A program made the translations under genes and the position numbers. DNA of 64,000 nt from positions 192,001-256,000 of the forward strand of contig JAWXAQ010000030.1 of assembly GCA_034439575.1 (NCBI GenBank), in the 5' to 3' direction. The number at the start of each line of letters is the position of its first letter. The stretch's first letter is position 1. Below are positions 18,725 to 28,354 of the stretch, one piece after another. The notes under the pieces are model-generated. The model had not been told where the DNA came from and did not search any database. It saw only the letters and a list, made by a program, of their open reading frames with translations. Origin of the DNA: Leptospira sp. (GTDB lineage: Bacteria > Spirochaetota > Leptospiria > Leptospirales > Leptospiraceae).

Positions 18725-18979
18725 TATATATTTTTGTATGATATTCTGATTTTTTTTAAATTAGAACGATGGATTTAATAAAAAATGTTAGTGAATCATC
18801 TAATTTAGATAATTAAACATCGAATAACTACTTCCTACTAACGCCTAGCGTCAAAAAAATGTTAATTGAATAAAAAAAAAGTTGAAATAAATCAAAGCTA
18901 ACCGTCATACTATGCAAAGAGACCCTAAAAAGTTTCATTAAAAAATAAATTACAGATTTTTAAAAAGGAAAAGAAAGCT

Positions 18980-19294
18980 ATGGAACCACTTAAAGTAGGC
19001 CCAGGACAAATTGATAAAATTGCGGATGATCTAAAAAAAGATCCAGAGAAATCTATTGGAAATTACCTTTTCAAAGGTTTCCGCATTCAGATTTCTAAAT
19101 ACAAAGCTTCTGGGGCAGAAAGAGTTCAACAACTCTATAAAAGAAGAAGAGCTCAAGGTCTTTGCATCGTTTGTGGAACAAAAGTTACACGTAAGAACCC
19201 TCTTACTGGAAAACTTTACAGACTATGTGATGAGCACCGCGCTCAAATCGACCAAAAAAACAAAGAAAAAGCAAAAGCTAAAAAAAGCAAATAA
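18980..19294 (+). CDS. Small basic protein with CxxC...CxxH putative zinc finger
   Basis: GLCIVCG...RLCDEH, Lys/Arg-rich; AAGGA upstream and its own terminator downstream. Confidence 0.85.
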   Translation: MEPLKVGPGQIDKIADDLKKDPEKSIGNYLFKGFRIQISKYKASGAERVQQLYKRRRAQGLCIVCGTKVTRKNPLTGKLYRLCDEHRAQIDQKNKEKAKAKKSK

Positions 19295-19315
19295 GCCATT
19301 CTTCACATTAGAATT

Positions 19316-19340
19316 AGGGGATCTTCGGATCCCCTTTTTT
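19316..19340 (+). terminator. Rho-independent terminator
   Basis: GGGGATC-TTCG-GATCCCC-TTTTTT (cUUCGg tetraloop). Confidence 0.92.
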
Positions 19341-19395
19341 ATGCGAGAGAACTTTTTTCTTTACTTCTTACATTCAAGCCTCTACTTTCTAAGCT

Positions 19396-20241
19396 ATGAA
19401 AATTCTTGTTCTAGGTTTACTATTTACACTTTTATTATTAATTGGTTGTTCACAAATGATTTGGAAAGAAACAAATCTCCAACCAGAAGTGATCGCCACA
19501 AATGACCCAAACACTGCTGTTGTTGTGGAAGTTCATTACCAAGAAAAGGATCCATGGAATCCGCTAAACGGCACGACTGATAAAAAAAATTACCGCACTG
19601 ATGTTCTTTTACTCAAAACAGAGACCAAAGAAACAAAAGTGATCAAAAAATGGGAAATCCCATCCTGGGTTCTCGCCAATTCCGTGTTTTACCATTCAGA
19701 AAATAAATCCCTCTTCCTTTTGCAAGGTCGCAATGACGAATACGGCACCTTGGATCAGAAATTGACTGTCTATTTCGAAAATAAACCTTCATTTTCTTAC
19801 CCGGTTACACCTGAAAACCTAGTGATCTTTCAAATCAGCCCTTCGCCTAAGGGAGATAAGATTGCTCTAATTACCGCTCTTTCTGATGCCAATTGGGAAT
19901 TTTCTGAATTTGAATTGCGTATCCTTGATCCCCAATCCCAAAAAGTAACGTCTCATCCTTTGAGTTTTTGGACTGCTCTCCCTCTTTATGGAATGCGATG
20001 GTCAAATGATAGTTCTGCTCTTTATATTCGGACTCCTGACCGCATTTTGGCACTACGTGGTGAGACTCTTAGCCCCACGACGAACTTTCCTGAATGTTTT
20101 ACACCAAGCACGAATTATGGGAAAGGCGCTTTCTTGGATAGTTTTGTCCAAAGTCAGAATCCTTGGAAATTGGATTTAGGAAAACGCCAGCCAGAACCAA
20201 AAATGATCACAAGTATGGACAAAATCAAAAATTGCCCTTAA
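19396..20241 (+). CDS. Hypothetical lipoprotein (TolB-like beta-propeller motifs)
   Basis: Lipobox LLIGC; SPSPKGDKIAL and WSNDSSALY motifs. Confidence 0.7.
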   Translation: MKILVLGLLFTLLLLIGCSQMIWKETNLQPEVIATNDPNTAVVVEVHYQEKDPWNPLNGTTDKKNYRTDVLLLKTETKETKVIKKWEIPSWVLANSVFYHSENKSLFLLQGRNDEYGTLDQKLTVYFENKPSFSYPVTPENLVIFQISPSPKGDKIALITALSDANWEFSEFELRILDPQSQKVTSHPLSFWTALPLYGMRWSNDSSALYIRTPDRILALRGETLSPTTNFPECFTPSTNYGKGAFLDSFVQSQNPWKLDLGKRQPEPKMITSMDKIKNCP

Positions 20242-20349
20242 ACTTTATCTTTCTGTGTATTTGAAATAGGAATCTTTCCAAAATAGGAAGGGTTCCTCAA
20301 ATCGCTTGATTTTATTATGTCGCATTGCTAGGGTACCATAAAGCCCGCT

Positions 20350-21714
20350 ATGATTGAAAAAAAATTTACGGAACACATCGATGCCATTTCAAAATATTTG
20401 AATGTCGTCGAAAAAATTGAACCCATTCGTAAAAGTGGGGTCGTTGTTTCCGTTGTCGGCAATGTTATATATTCGCAAGGACCGCCTGACTCAAAAGTAG
20501 GTGAAATTTTAGAAATTGAAAGAGGAAGTGATAAGGGTTATTTGGCCTGTGTGTTAGTCGGGTTTAAAGACCAACTTTACACCTTAATGCCACTCGGTGA
20601 CACGCAAGAGATTTTCCCTAAGGCTTTTGTTTTTTCCTCTGGTCGCAAAATCATGTTAAATGCTGTCAATGAACTTCTTGGTCGAGTTTTAAATGGCCTT
20701 GGGAAACCTATTGATAGCAAAGGTCTTTTAATTACAAAAGAAGAGCGCGGTTCAGAACCAAAGTCCTTAAATCCTTTGGATAGACCACCAATCACCGAAA
20801 TCTTAGAAACAGGAGTTCGTGCCATCGACGGTATGTTAACTGTAGGCCGTGGCCAACGAGTGGGTATATTTTCTGGATCAGGTGTCGGTAAATCAAGTTT
20901 ACTTGGCATGATCGCTCGTTATACGAACGCTGATGTGAATGTTGTGGCTTTGATAGGTGAACGTGGTCGAGAAGTAAATGAATTTTTAAATATAGAACTT
21001 GGTAAAGAAGCATTAATGAAATCAGTAGTTTTTGTTTCGACATCTGATTCTTCAAAAATGGAACAAGTGAGTTGTGCGCATTTAGCCTGTTCTGCGGCTG
21101 AATATTTCCGCGATAAAGGAAAAACTGTCAATTTATATATGGATTCCTTAACGCGTTATGCAGAGGCCTTACGCGAATTATCAATCGGTGAACCCGTTGT
21201 GACAAAAGGTTATGCATCTAGTGTATTTACTAAAATGGCAAAATTAGTAGAAAGAGCTGGCACATCACATAACGGAGGATCTATTACAGGTTTTTATACG
21301 ATACTAACAGATGCAGAAGATGACATGGATGATATCGTAGCCGATAAAGTTCGTGGATTTATTGACGGTCACATAGTCTTAACTCGAAAATTAGCCGAAA
21401 GAAGCCATTATCCAGCCATAGATGTACCAGCATCTCTTTCCCGGCTTATGCAAAAAATTGTAAATGAAGATCATTATATGCACTCTTCCCTAGTACGGGA
21501 ATTAATATCTAAATATAAAAGTTCGGAAGATATCATTCTTTTGAATGCTTATGCGCGCGGTGCTGATCCCAAAATTGATATGGCTATTGATAAAAAAGAA
21601 ATGATAGATGAGTATTTGATCCAACGAATTGAACAAAAATCTTCATACAAAGATGCAACAGCGAAACTATCTCAAATATTAAAATCTCAAAATCGATCTG
21701 ACGAAGATTTTTAA
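20350..21714 (+). CDS. fliI: Flagellar export ATPase FliI
   Basis: GQRVGIFSGSGVGKS, ALIGERGREV, MDSLTRYA, DGHIVL and HYPAID. Confidence 0.96.
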   Translation: MIEKKFTEHIDAISKYLNVVEKIEPIRKSGVVVSVVGNVIYSQGPPDSKVGEILEIERGSDKGYLACVLVGFKDQLYTLMPLGDTQEIFPKAFVFSSGRKIMLNAVNELLGRVLNGLGKPIDSKGLLITKEERGSEPKSLNPLDRPPITEILETGVRAIDGMLTVGRGQRVGIFSGSGVGKSSLLGMIARYTNADVNVVALIGERGREVNEFLNIELGKEALMKSVVFVSTSDSSKMEQVSCAHLACSAAEYFRDKGKTVNLYMDSLTRYAEALRELSIGEPVVTKGYASSVFTKMAKLVERAGTSHNGGSITGFYTILTDAEDDMDDIVADKVRGFIDGHIVLTRKLAERSHYPAIDVPASLSRLMQKIVNEDHYMHSSLVRELISKYKSSEDIILLNAYARGADPKIDMAIDKKEMIDEYLIQRIEQKSSYKDATAKLSQILKSQNRSDEDF

Positions 21715-24700
21715 TCTATCTCTAGCATTACCAAAGTTACATCATCTTCTGGAGATCTGCCGCCAGTAAAAGTTTTAATTTCTGAAAGTAAATTTGATTT
21801 TGCTGTTTTTAGGTCGTATTTCATAGAACTTTGCAACATTTCTTGCCATTTTTCTTCACCTAGCATCTGTTTTGAAACGCTCATAGCTTCAGTAATTCCA
21901 TCTGTATAAAGTACAAGCCTATCACCGACATTTAATTTAATCATTTCCGATTTCATATCTAGTTCAGGGATCCATCCGATTAATTTTCCAGAGGGAAGAC
22001 TTAATTTTGGTTTCAGACCATACTTCCCAAGTATTAAAAGTGGTAAATGGCCACATCTTGCGTGCGTTAGCTCCATTTTTTCTAGATTGATATAAATATA
22101 ACTGGCAGTAAGAAAAGCTCCCTTTGTTTTTCCGAGCAATGTGCTATTGATCTGAGATAATAAATTCACTGGATCACGAGAAAATCTGAACTGTGTAGAA
22201 AAAGCAATCTTTAACATCGCAGATACGAGAGCTGCTGGAATTCCATGTCCAGACACATCTGCAATGATCACACCCAGTTCCGTTGGCGATATTTCGTGGA
22301 AGTCAAAAAAATCACCACCCACACTATCCATTGGTTCATAATAAAATTCGGATCGAATGCCTTTCATTTCTGGTGCAGATTCTGGCAATATAGAGCTTTG
22401 TAATTTTCGTGCGACATTCAATTCGTTTTGGAATGATTGGTAACGATTTTGTTCTGCAACTGCTTTTTTAAGTGTGATTAAATTTTTAGCTCGAGAGATT
22501 AACTCTCGTTTATCGAACGGTTTTGATAAATAATCATTTCCACCCGCTTCTAAAGCTGCCACAATATCTGTGATTTGATTTTTAGCAGTTAAAAATAGAA
22601 TTGGCAATTCATATAGTGACAAGGATTCTCGAATCACAGAACATACGTCATATCCACTCATTCCAGGCATCATGATGTCGAGTAACATTAACTCAAAAGG
22701 GCCCTCGTCCCTAATTTTTTGTATCGCCTCGCCTCCGTTAGCCGCTTCGATCACATCACATCCGATCAAGGTCAAATGATTTCTTAATACTTGTCGGTTG
22801 ATTGGCTCATCATCTACGACTATTACTCTGATACCATCTCCTTTAACAGATTTGAGATCTTCATCTTCGATAGGTCGGGGGCTAGTTTCATCTGGCAATG
22901 AAATCCATAAATCTTTTTGAATGTATGTGGGTTTTTGCAGAGGAATCTCACCTTCTTTTGCAAATGGTAAGGTAAAATAAAAAACAGATCCAGTTCCCAA
23001 ACTAGACTCTACCCAAATCATTCCACCATGTAGTTCTACCAAACGTTTTGTGATGGCAAGTCCAAGCCCTGTACCACCAAACTGACGTGTTGTGGAAGAA
23101 TCTACTTGTTCGAAGGAATGAAAAATGGATTCAAATTTATCAAATGGAATGCCGATCCCAGTATCTGAAACTGAAAATTTTGCCATTTTTTCGTTTATTT
23201 CTGCTCTAATTTCAATTTTTCCTTTGTCTGTAAATTTTATGGCATTTCCGATAAGATTAAAAAGTATCTGCTGGACCCTAGCTTCATCGCCAAGAATGGG
23301 AGGGAAATCCATAGGAATCAAATTTCTAACTTGAAGATTTTTGATTAAAAATAATGGGCGAGAGATCACAATCACTAAGTCCGTGACATGTTGCAAGTTG
23401 ATGGATCGAAGTTCTAAATTTAAATCCCGATTTTTCATTTTTGAAAAATCCAATATATCATCTACTAGAGAAGCGAGTCTCTTTCCTGAGCTGATGATCA
23501 TTCCAATATTTTGTCTTTGTTCGCCGTTTAAACTTCCACCGATGCCATCAAACATAGATTCGGCGATACCGATGATACCATTAAGAGGTGTTTTTAATTC
23601 GTGTGAAGTGTTTGCGAGAAATTCATCTTTAAGTTTATCCATTGCCAATAATCTTTTTGATAAGGTTTCGACTTCTGAAAAAGTTCTGCTAAATTTTCTG
23701 GAAAGAGTTAATGATTGAATTAGGATAAATAAAAATATACCAACAGGTATTGCTTCTATGGAAAACAAAATCTGATATGCATTTAATATATCAATTAAAG
23801 TGGCAATCGCCATCACCGATATACCCATGGAAAATAAAATACTGCCTTCTTCCCTATTCCAAACAGCCCGGAAAACACCTTGTAAAATGATGATTATACC
23901 ATATAACAATACAATGTTGAAAAAAGGATTAGTAGAGGTAAAAAACGTGGTACTAGAAAAAAATAATAAACCAAGGAAAATAATTGTGGGAGTGAGTAAA
24001 CTCCAAGTCATCCAGTTTGGGTAGTACCTGGGATAGAATGCCTTAAAAAATGCGAAGAACAAATATGGAGATAAATAAAAGGTAAAGTATTCTATTCGTA
24101 AACAAATATCCCATGTCAATACAGACTCATACTCATTAAAAATATATCTTTCTCCAGTAACAAGCGTTCGTATACTCAATACAATCGCCGCAAGTCCAAA
24201 TAAAAGATTTCCCCGATCAATTCTTCGCCAATAATACAAACCTAAATGATATAAGGCGATGATAAAAACAGCGCCAGCCAAAAATAAAGAAGAGGCAATG
24301 TCTCTTAAATACAATTTTTGTAATGCCTCCCATTCGCCAAACAATGGCGGCTCCCACATACCACCTTTGTCATGATGAAAATTGGAAACATGGATAATTA
24401 ATTCATTTTCACCTTGATTCCATATTAAAGGAACCAAATGAAACAAATAAGATGGTTTCGCTTCTTCTTTATGTTTGGCGACAACTCCCGTCTCAGCTAT
24501 TTTTTTCCCGTTCCAGTAAATCGTGAAAGCCGTCGCCATATCATGGACTTTTAGTCCGAAAATTTTATCTTTTAATGGACCGTTTGGTGAAGGAATACGA
24601 AGTCGATACGTACCATAGCCGAGTCCTGTTCCTAATTTTTGGTTCCAAGTTCCAGGAACACTTAGAGGCATCATGGATTCCCCTTGGGACTGCCCAGGTA

Positions 24701-24848
24701 AAATCAACTGATAAGGATAAAAGTTCCATTCCCCTTCTAGATAAACAGGTTTACCTTGGTGTTTGATGATTAAATCAATCGGGGTCGCAATGATAATTTG
24801 CGGTAAGGCCAAGAAGAATAGGCAAAGAAGTGTATATAATTGACCCAA
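21711..24848 (-). CDS. Hybrid sensor: sugar-binding-like + 7TM-DISM + HisKA/HATPase + receiver + SpoIIE/PP2C phosphatase
   Basis: Kinase motifs FLANTSHELKTPL, NLIGNAIKFT, DTGIGI and GTGLGL; receiver VVDDE/LLDIMMP/KP; PP2C motifs VGGDFFD, ADVSGHG, YTDG and EDDVT. Confidence 0.92.
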   Translation of the reverse strand: MGQLYTLLCLFFLALPQIIIATPIDLIIKHQGKPVYLEGEWNFYPYQLILPGQSQGESMMPLSVPGTWNQKLGTGLGYGTYRLRIPSPNGPLKDKIFGLKVHDMATAFTIYWNGKKIAETGVVAKHKEEAKPSYLFHLVPLIWNQGENELIIHVSNFHHDKGGMWEPPLFGEWEALQKLYLRDIASSLFLAGAVFIIALYHLGLYYWRRIDRGNLLFGLAAIVLSIRTLVTGERYIFNEYESVLTWDICLRIEYFTFYLSPYLFFAFFKAFYPRYYPNWMTWSLLTPTIIFLGLLFFSSTTFFTSTNPFFNIVLLYGIIIILQGVFRAVWNREEGSILFSMGISVMAIATLIDILNAYQILFSIEAIPVGIFLFILIQSLTLSRKFSRTFSEVETLSKRLLAMDKLKDEFLANTSHELKTPLNGIIGIAESMFDGIGGSLNGEQRQNIGMIISSGKRLASLVDDILDFSKMKNRDLNLELRSINLQHVTDLVIVISRPLFLIKNLQVRNLIPMDFPPILGDEARVQQILFNLIGNAIKFTDKGKIEIRAEINEKMAKFSVSDTGIGIPFDKFESIFHSFEQVDSSTTRQFGGTGLGLAITKRLVELHGGMIWVESSLGTGSVFYFTLPFAKEGEIPLQKPTYIQKDLWISLPDETSPRPIEDEDLKSVKGDGIRVIVVDDEPINRQVLRNHLTLIGCDVIEAANGGEAIQKIRDEGPFELMLLDIMMPGMSGYDVCSVIRESLSLYELPILFLTAKNQITDIVAALEAGGNDYLSKPFDKRELISRAKNLITLKKAVAEQNRYQSFQNELNVARKLQSSILPESAPEMKGIRSEFYYEPMDSVGGDFFDFHEISPTELGVIIADVSGHGIPAALVSAMLKIAFSTQFRFSRDPVNLLSQINSTLLGKTKGAFLTASYIYINLEKMELTHARCGHLPLLILGKYGLKPKLSLPSGKLIGWIPELDMKSEMIKLNVGDRLVLYTDGITEAMSVSKQMLGEEKWQEMLQSSMKYDLKTAKSNLLSEIKTFTGGRSPEDDVTLVMLEID

Positions 24849-24924
24849 ACTAGGTAGTTCGTCTCATATTTTTTTTCAAAGGACAAGTAAAAAAGAGTAC
24901 AAAAAATATTGAAAAGTAGAGAAA

Positions 24925-25533
24925 TTGTCAGGTGTGAAACGCTTTCGCTATAGTTTAGAGACAGTTTTAAAACTTCGTTCCATTCGTGAAGAAGAAGAGT
25001 TGAAACGCCTCTCGATTGTTGTATCTGAATTGAACCTAATCATCACCGAACGAGAATTTAATGAATCTGAAATTCAAAGATCTTACCTTGAAATAGAAAA
25101 TAGCGCACATGTTGGTACTAGTTTGAATGATTACCTTTCGATTGAAAGATACATTCAAGGTTTGCTCAAAATGAACGAAGATTTAGAATACAAAATCCAA
25201 GAAAAAAATAAACAAGTGGATTTAGTTAGGGCAGATGTGTTAATCGCAAGAAAAGATAAAAAAGTTTTAGAAATTCTTAAAGAAAATAGATTCAAAGAAT
25301 GGAAAAAGAAAGTGAATCGGGTAGAAAGAAGAGAAGTTGAAGAGTATAACGATAGTATGTTGGCACACAAAACGTATGTCGAATCATTGCCAGATGGAAA
25401 TAAAGGCCAACAAAAAAAGAATCCAAAAACTTTCAAAATTATGAACCGAGAAGACGGTGGTGACGAATTAATGGGCGATTTCAAAAATTTACGCGATTTT
25501 TACGAAAAATATTATATGGGACAAGGTAGATAA
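24925..25533 (+). CDS. fliJ: Flagellar export chaperone FliJ
   Basis: KRFRYSLETVLKLR and ARKDKKVLEILKE; lies downstream of fliI. Confidence 0.85.
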   Translation: MSGVKRFRYSLETVLKLRSIREEEELKRLSIVVSELNLIITEREFNESEIQRSYLEIENSAHVGTSLNDYLSIERYIQGLLKMNEDLEYKIQEKNKQVDLVRADVLIARKDKKVLEILKENRFKEWKKKVNRVERREVEEYNDSMLAHKTYVESLPDGNKGQQKKNPKTFKIMNREDGGDELMGDFKNLRDFYEKYYMGQGR

Positions 25534-25536
25534 TTT

Positions 25537-26196
25537 ATGGCGAGTGTTTCAGACAATACACGATCCTTCTTTTTAATTTTATTGATTTTTTTCTTGGTCG
25601 CTATCGGTTTTTTTATTTTTGATTATTTTCAAGTCATCGATGCAGAAGAATACTTACCATTCCTAAAAAGACAACCGAGCTTAGTAAATCAAGACCTACT
25701 CTCACCCACAGAACTTGAAAAACTTGAAATTCAAAAAGCCAAAGAACGCCTGATAGACGATACCGAAGAACTCAACCGATTAAAACAAGAACTTGAAATG
25801 GCAAAGTCTTCTTTAGCCACTGATAAAGAAAGATTAGAAGAGTTAAAGGAAGGCATCCAACGCAAAGAACGCGAAATGGCCGAAAAATTAAAACGAGAAT
25901 CGGCGAGATCTGAAAAAGTAAAAGTTTTAGCTAATAAAGTTGCGAATATGCCGCCAGAATCTGCACGAGATATGCTCTTAAATTGGCCTGATTATGATAT
26001 CATTGAAGTTTTCGAACAAATGGATAAAGATGCCGAAGAAGAAGGAAGACCCACGATCACCACATACTTGTTAACTTTATTCCCAGCCGAAAGACGATCT
26101 GTGATTTCAAATAAATGGTTAGATGCTAGTTCTAAACAAGTCCCTGGTTATGGAAAATCTTTGGATGATGAAGATAATGAACCAAAGTCAGAATAA
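25537..26196 (+). CDS. flbB: Periplasmic flagellar collar protein FlbB
   Basis: N-terminal TM segment, coiled coil, NMPPESA..ML motif; follows fliJ as in spirochaetes. Confidence 0.8.
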   Translation: MASVSDNTRSFFLILLIFFLVAIGFFIFDYFQVIDAEEYLPFLKRQPSLVNQDLLSPTELEKLEIQKAKERLIDDTEELNRLKQELEMAKSSLATDKERLEELKEGIQRKEREMAEKLKRESARSEKVKVLANKVANMPPESARDMLLNWPDYDIIEVFEQMDKDAEEEGRPTITTYLLTLFPAERRSVISNKWLDASSKQVPGYGKSLDDEDNEPKSE

Positions 26197-26747
26197 ATAA
26201 TGGCTTCCACTTCGGCAGTAGCTTTTTCTAATATATCATTGACCACTATATAATCAAAGCTAGGTGCCGCTTCCAGTTCTTTTAAACCATTTTCAATTCG
26301 TCTTTCGATGCTCTTTTTTGGATCTGTACCACGTTTTATCAATCTTTCGATCCATATATCTCTGCTAGGTGGTTGAATAAAAATACTTATGGATTCAGGT
26401 CTTAATTCCTTAACAGTCTTAGCGCCTTGGACATCAATATCGAGTAAAACCACCTTATTCTTGTTTAATGCATCGATGATAGGTGCAATTGGTGTTCCAT
26501 AATAATTTCCATGTACAAGAGCCCATTCATAAAAACCACCTTCATCGATTCTCTTTTTAAACTCATCTGGACTTAAGAAATAATAGTTTTTTCCTGGAAC
26601 ATCCCCTGGTCTTACATCACGAGTCGTACAAGAAATAGAAAAATAAAAATCAGGATGCGTTTTTAATATTTTTTCAATGATAGTAGATTTCCCGCCACCC
26701 GCAACAGAGGAAATGATATATAAATTCGGGACTGGATTACCTTTCAC
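26148..26747 (-). CDS. gmk: Guanylate kinase
   Basis: GGGKST, SISCTTR, YYF, GNYYGT, LDIDVQGA and FDYIVVND. Confidence 0.95.
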   Translation of the reverse strand: MKGNPVPNLYIISSVAGGGKSTIIEKILKTHPDFYFSISCTTRDVRPGDVPGKNYYFLSPDEFKKRIDEGGFYEWALVHGNYYGTPIAPIIDALNKNKVVLLDIDVQGAKTVKELRPESISIFIQPPSRDIWIERLIKRGTDPKKSIERRIENGLKELEAAPSFDYIVVNDILEKATAEVEAIIYSDFGSLSSSSKDFP

Positions 26748-27029
26748 TTAATCTTCTTCCTCTTCTTCTTTTCCAATATTGTTATCCGCATTTTCTAATC
26801 TCTTTGTCAAACTATCCGGTCGTATCGCAGACAGTACAATGTGTCCGGATTCTAAAACAATGATAGACCTAGTTTTTCTTCCTTGAGTAGCGTCTATGAG
26901 TCGAGAAACATCTTTTGCCTCGGAACGCAATCGCTTCGCACCTGCTGATTCCGCTTGCAGGATCACAAGAATTTTATCTTTGAAAACAATATTTGAAAAC
27001 CCGACATTTAAGACGGGAAAGGAAGACAT
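26748..27029 (-). CDS. remA: RemA/DUF370 family regulator
   Basis: LNVGFSN and [14 protein letters not shown]...SGHIVLSAI; adjacent to gmk. Confidence 0.88.
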   Translation of the reverse strand: MSSFPVLNVGFSNIVFKDKILVILQAESAGAKRLRSEAKDVSRLIDATQGRKTRSIIVLESGHIVLSAIRPDSLTKRLENADNNIGKEEEEED

Positions 27030-27041
27030 GATTCCAGATTA

Positions 27042-28004
27042 CTATATTCTTCGTGTTCGATCAAGCCGAATCGTTTCGATCAAATGAATTTCATGAATTC
27101 CGATATTCATAAAATCTGAAATTTGATCATGAGAGTAGCCTTTTTTTAATAAAAATACTACCTTATCTATTTTACTCGCACTTGAGGGCAATTCCAACAT
27201 AACCGATTGCATGGATAGATCAATTTGGTCTTCAAAATTATTCTGATACATTGCAAATGCGGGGTCACTTGCCGCAGATAAGGATGTTAAAAATTCTTTC
27301 TGAAGTATACCTTCTTTATTTTGATCTCTGATTATGACTGATTTACTCTTCTCTTCCGAAAATGGATTTCCACCAACCGTATAATCCGTCTTAGGTCTGT
27401 ACTGCGGAAGAACTACATTACTCTTTGCTTCGTCTGTTGGTGTTTGGTTCTCTTCCATTCCCATCATACCTTTCACTGCACGTCCGATTTTTGAAAATAC
27501 TTGATTCACAGCTCCGTCGGTTGTTTGGATATCACTCTCAGAAATGATATGTTGATTTGCTTGGTAAGCTTGCGCAATACCCGATCTTTGTTCTTTAAGT
27601 AAAGAGCTCGGAACTTCCAAAACTTCTGTTTTTTGTTCTAATTTGGATTCTATATTTGAAAGTTCGGATTCCATAGATAAACCCATTTCATAATAGGGTG
27701 GAACTTCATCTATTCTTTGTTTTGTGTTAGGTTGTTCAAATTGATCATTCTTTTGATAATGTTTGAATTCTTTAGCCAATAATTCTGCTTTTTCAATCAT
27801 TGTCCTTAATGCAGAAAGTCTGGATTCGATAATAGAGACAGTTCTATCTAGTTCATTCATCGTTTCCGATGTTGCCATCTCTATAGCACGATTTAATTTT
27901 TTATCATAATATTCTGATACAGCTTTTTGGACTTTAGCAGAGATGAATACATAAGTAACACCTAAACAAAGTAAATTGATTAATACGAGAGAAAAAAGCT
28001 CCAT
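27042..28004 (-). CDS. Membrane-anchored coiled-coil protein with C-terminal HTH-like motif (flagellar operon)
   Basis: N-terminal TM segment, coiled coil, and C-terminal KVVFLLKKGYSHDQISDFMNIGIHEIHLI. Confidence 0.7.
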   Translation of the reverse strand: MELFSLVLINLLCLGVTYVFISAKVQKAVSEYYDKKLNRAIEMATSETMNELDRTVSIIESRLSALRTMIEKAELLAKEFKHYQKNDQFEQPNTKQRIDEVPPYYEMGLSMESELSNIESKLEQKTEVLEVPSSLLKEQRSGIAQAYQANQHIISESDIQTTDGAVNQVFSKIGRAVKGMMGMEENQTPTDEAKSNVVLPQYRPKTDYTVGGNPFSEEKSKSVIIRDQNKEGILQKEFLTSLSAASDPAFAMYQNNFEDQIDLSMQSVMLELPSSASKIDKVVFLLKKGYSHDQISDFMNIGIHEIHLIETIRLDRTRRI

Positions 28005-28058
28005 AAAGAAGTCTCCGCAGGGAACATTTCCAACAACATTCCTGTAGGGCTTTATGAA

Positions 28059-28346
28059 TTAGACTGATGAATCGAAAAAGGAACCCTTCGCCTGATTTAC
28101 GTTAGCGGATTCTAATCCTTTTCTAGTGTAGGAAATTAACTCTTCTTTCTCACCTTTAGCTTTCAAAACATTTGAGCTGGTGGAAGTTTTTGTTTCTGGA
28201 ACCACCTGCGATTTATATTGGCTCGTAATTGCCGCTTTTTGCAATTCTACGACTTGGTTTTGGTGCGTGAAAGGAGTCTCACTTTGGGCACGCCTGGCGA
28301 TCTCAAAATGATGTGTGTTACTGGCAAAAGTTTCGTTTAAAATCAT
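28059..28346 (-). CDS. Small hypothetical protein in the flagellar operon
   Basis: ATG 8 nt after the fapA stop; ends SYTRKG...KGSFFDSSV. Confidence 0.65.
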   Translation of the reverse strand: MILNETFASNTHHFEIARRAQSETPFTHQNQVVELQKAAITSQYKSQVVPETKTSTSSNVLKAKGEKEELISYTRKGLESANVNQAKGSFFDSSV

Positions 28347-28354
28347 GGCAGTAC

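Noticed and set aside
19056-19505. 149-aa alternative-frame ORF
   Set aside because: It overlaps two better-supported genes and crosses a strong terminator.
20268-20296. GGAATCTTTCC/GGAAGGGTTCC hairpin before fliI as a terminator
   Set aside because: An 11-bp stem with G-U pairs is possible, but no U-tract follows, so I cannot support a function.
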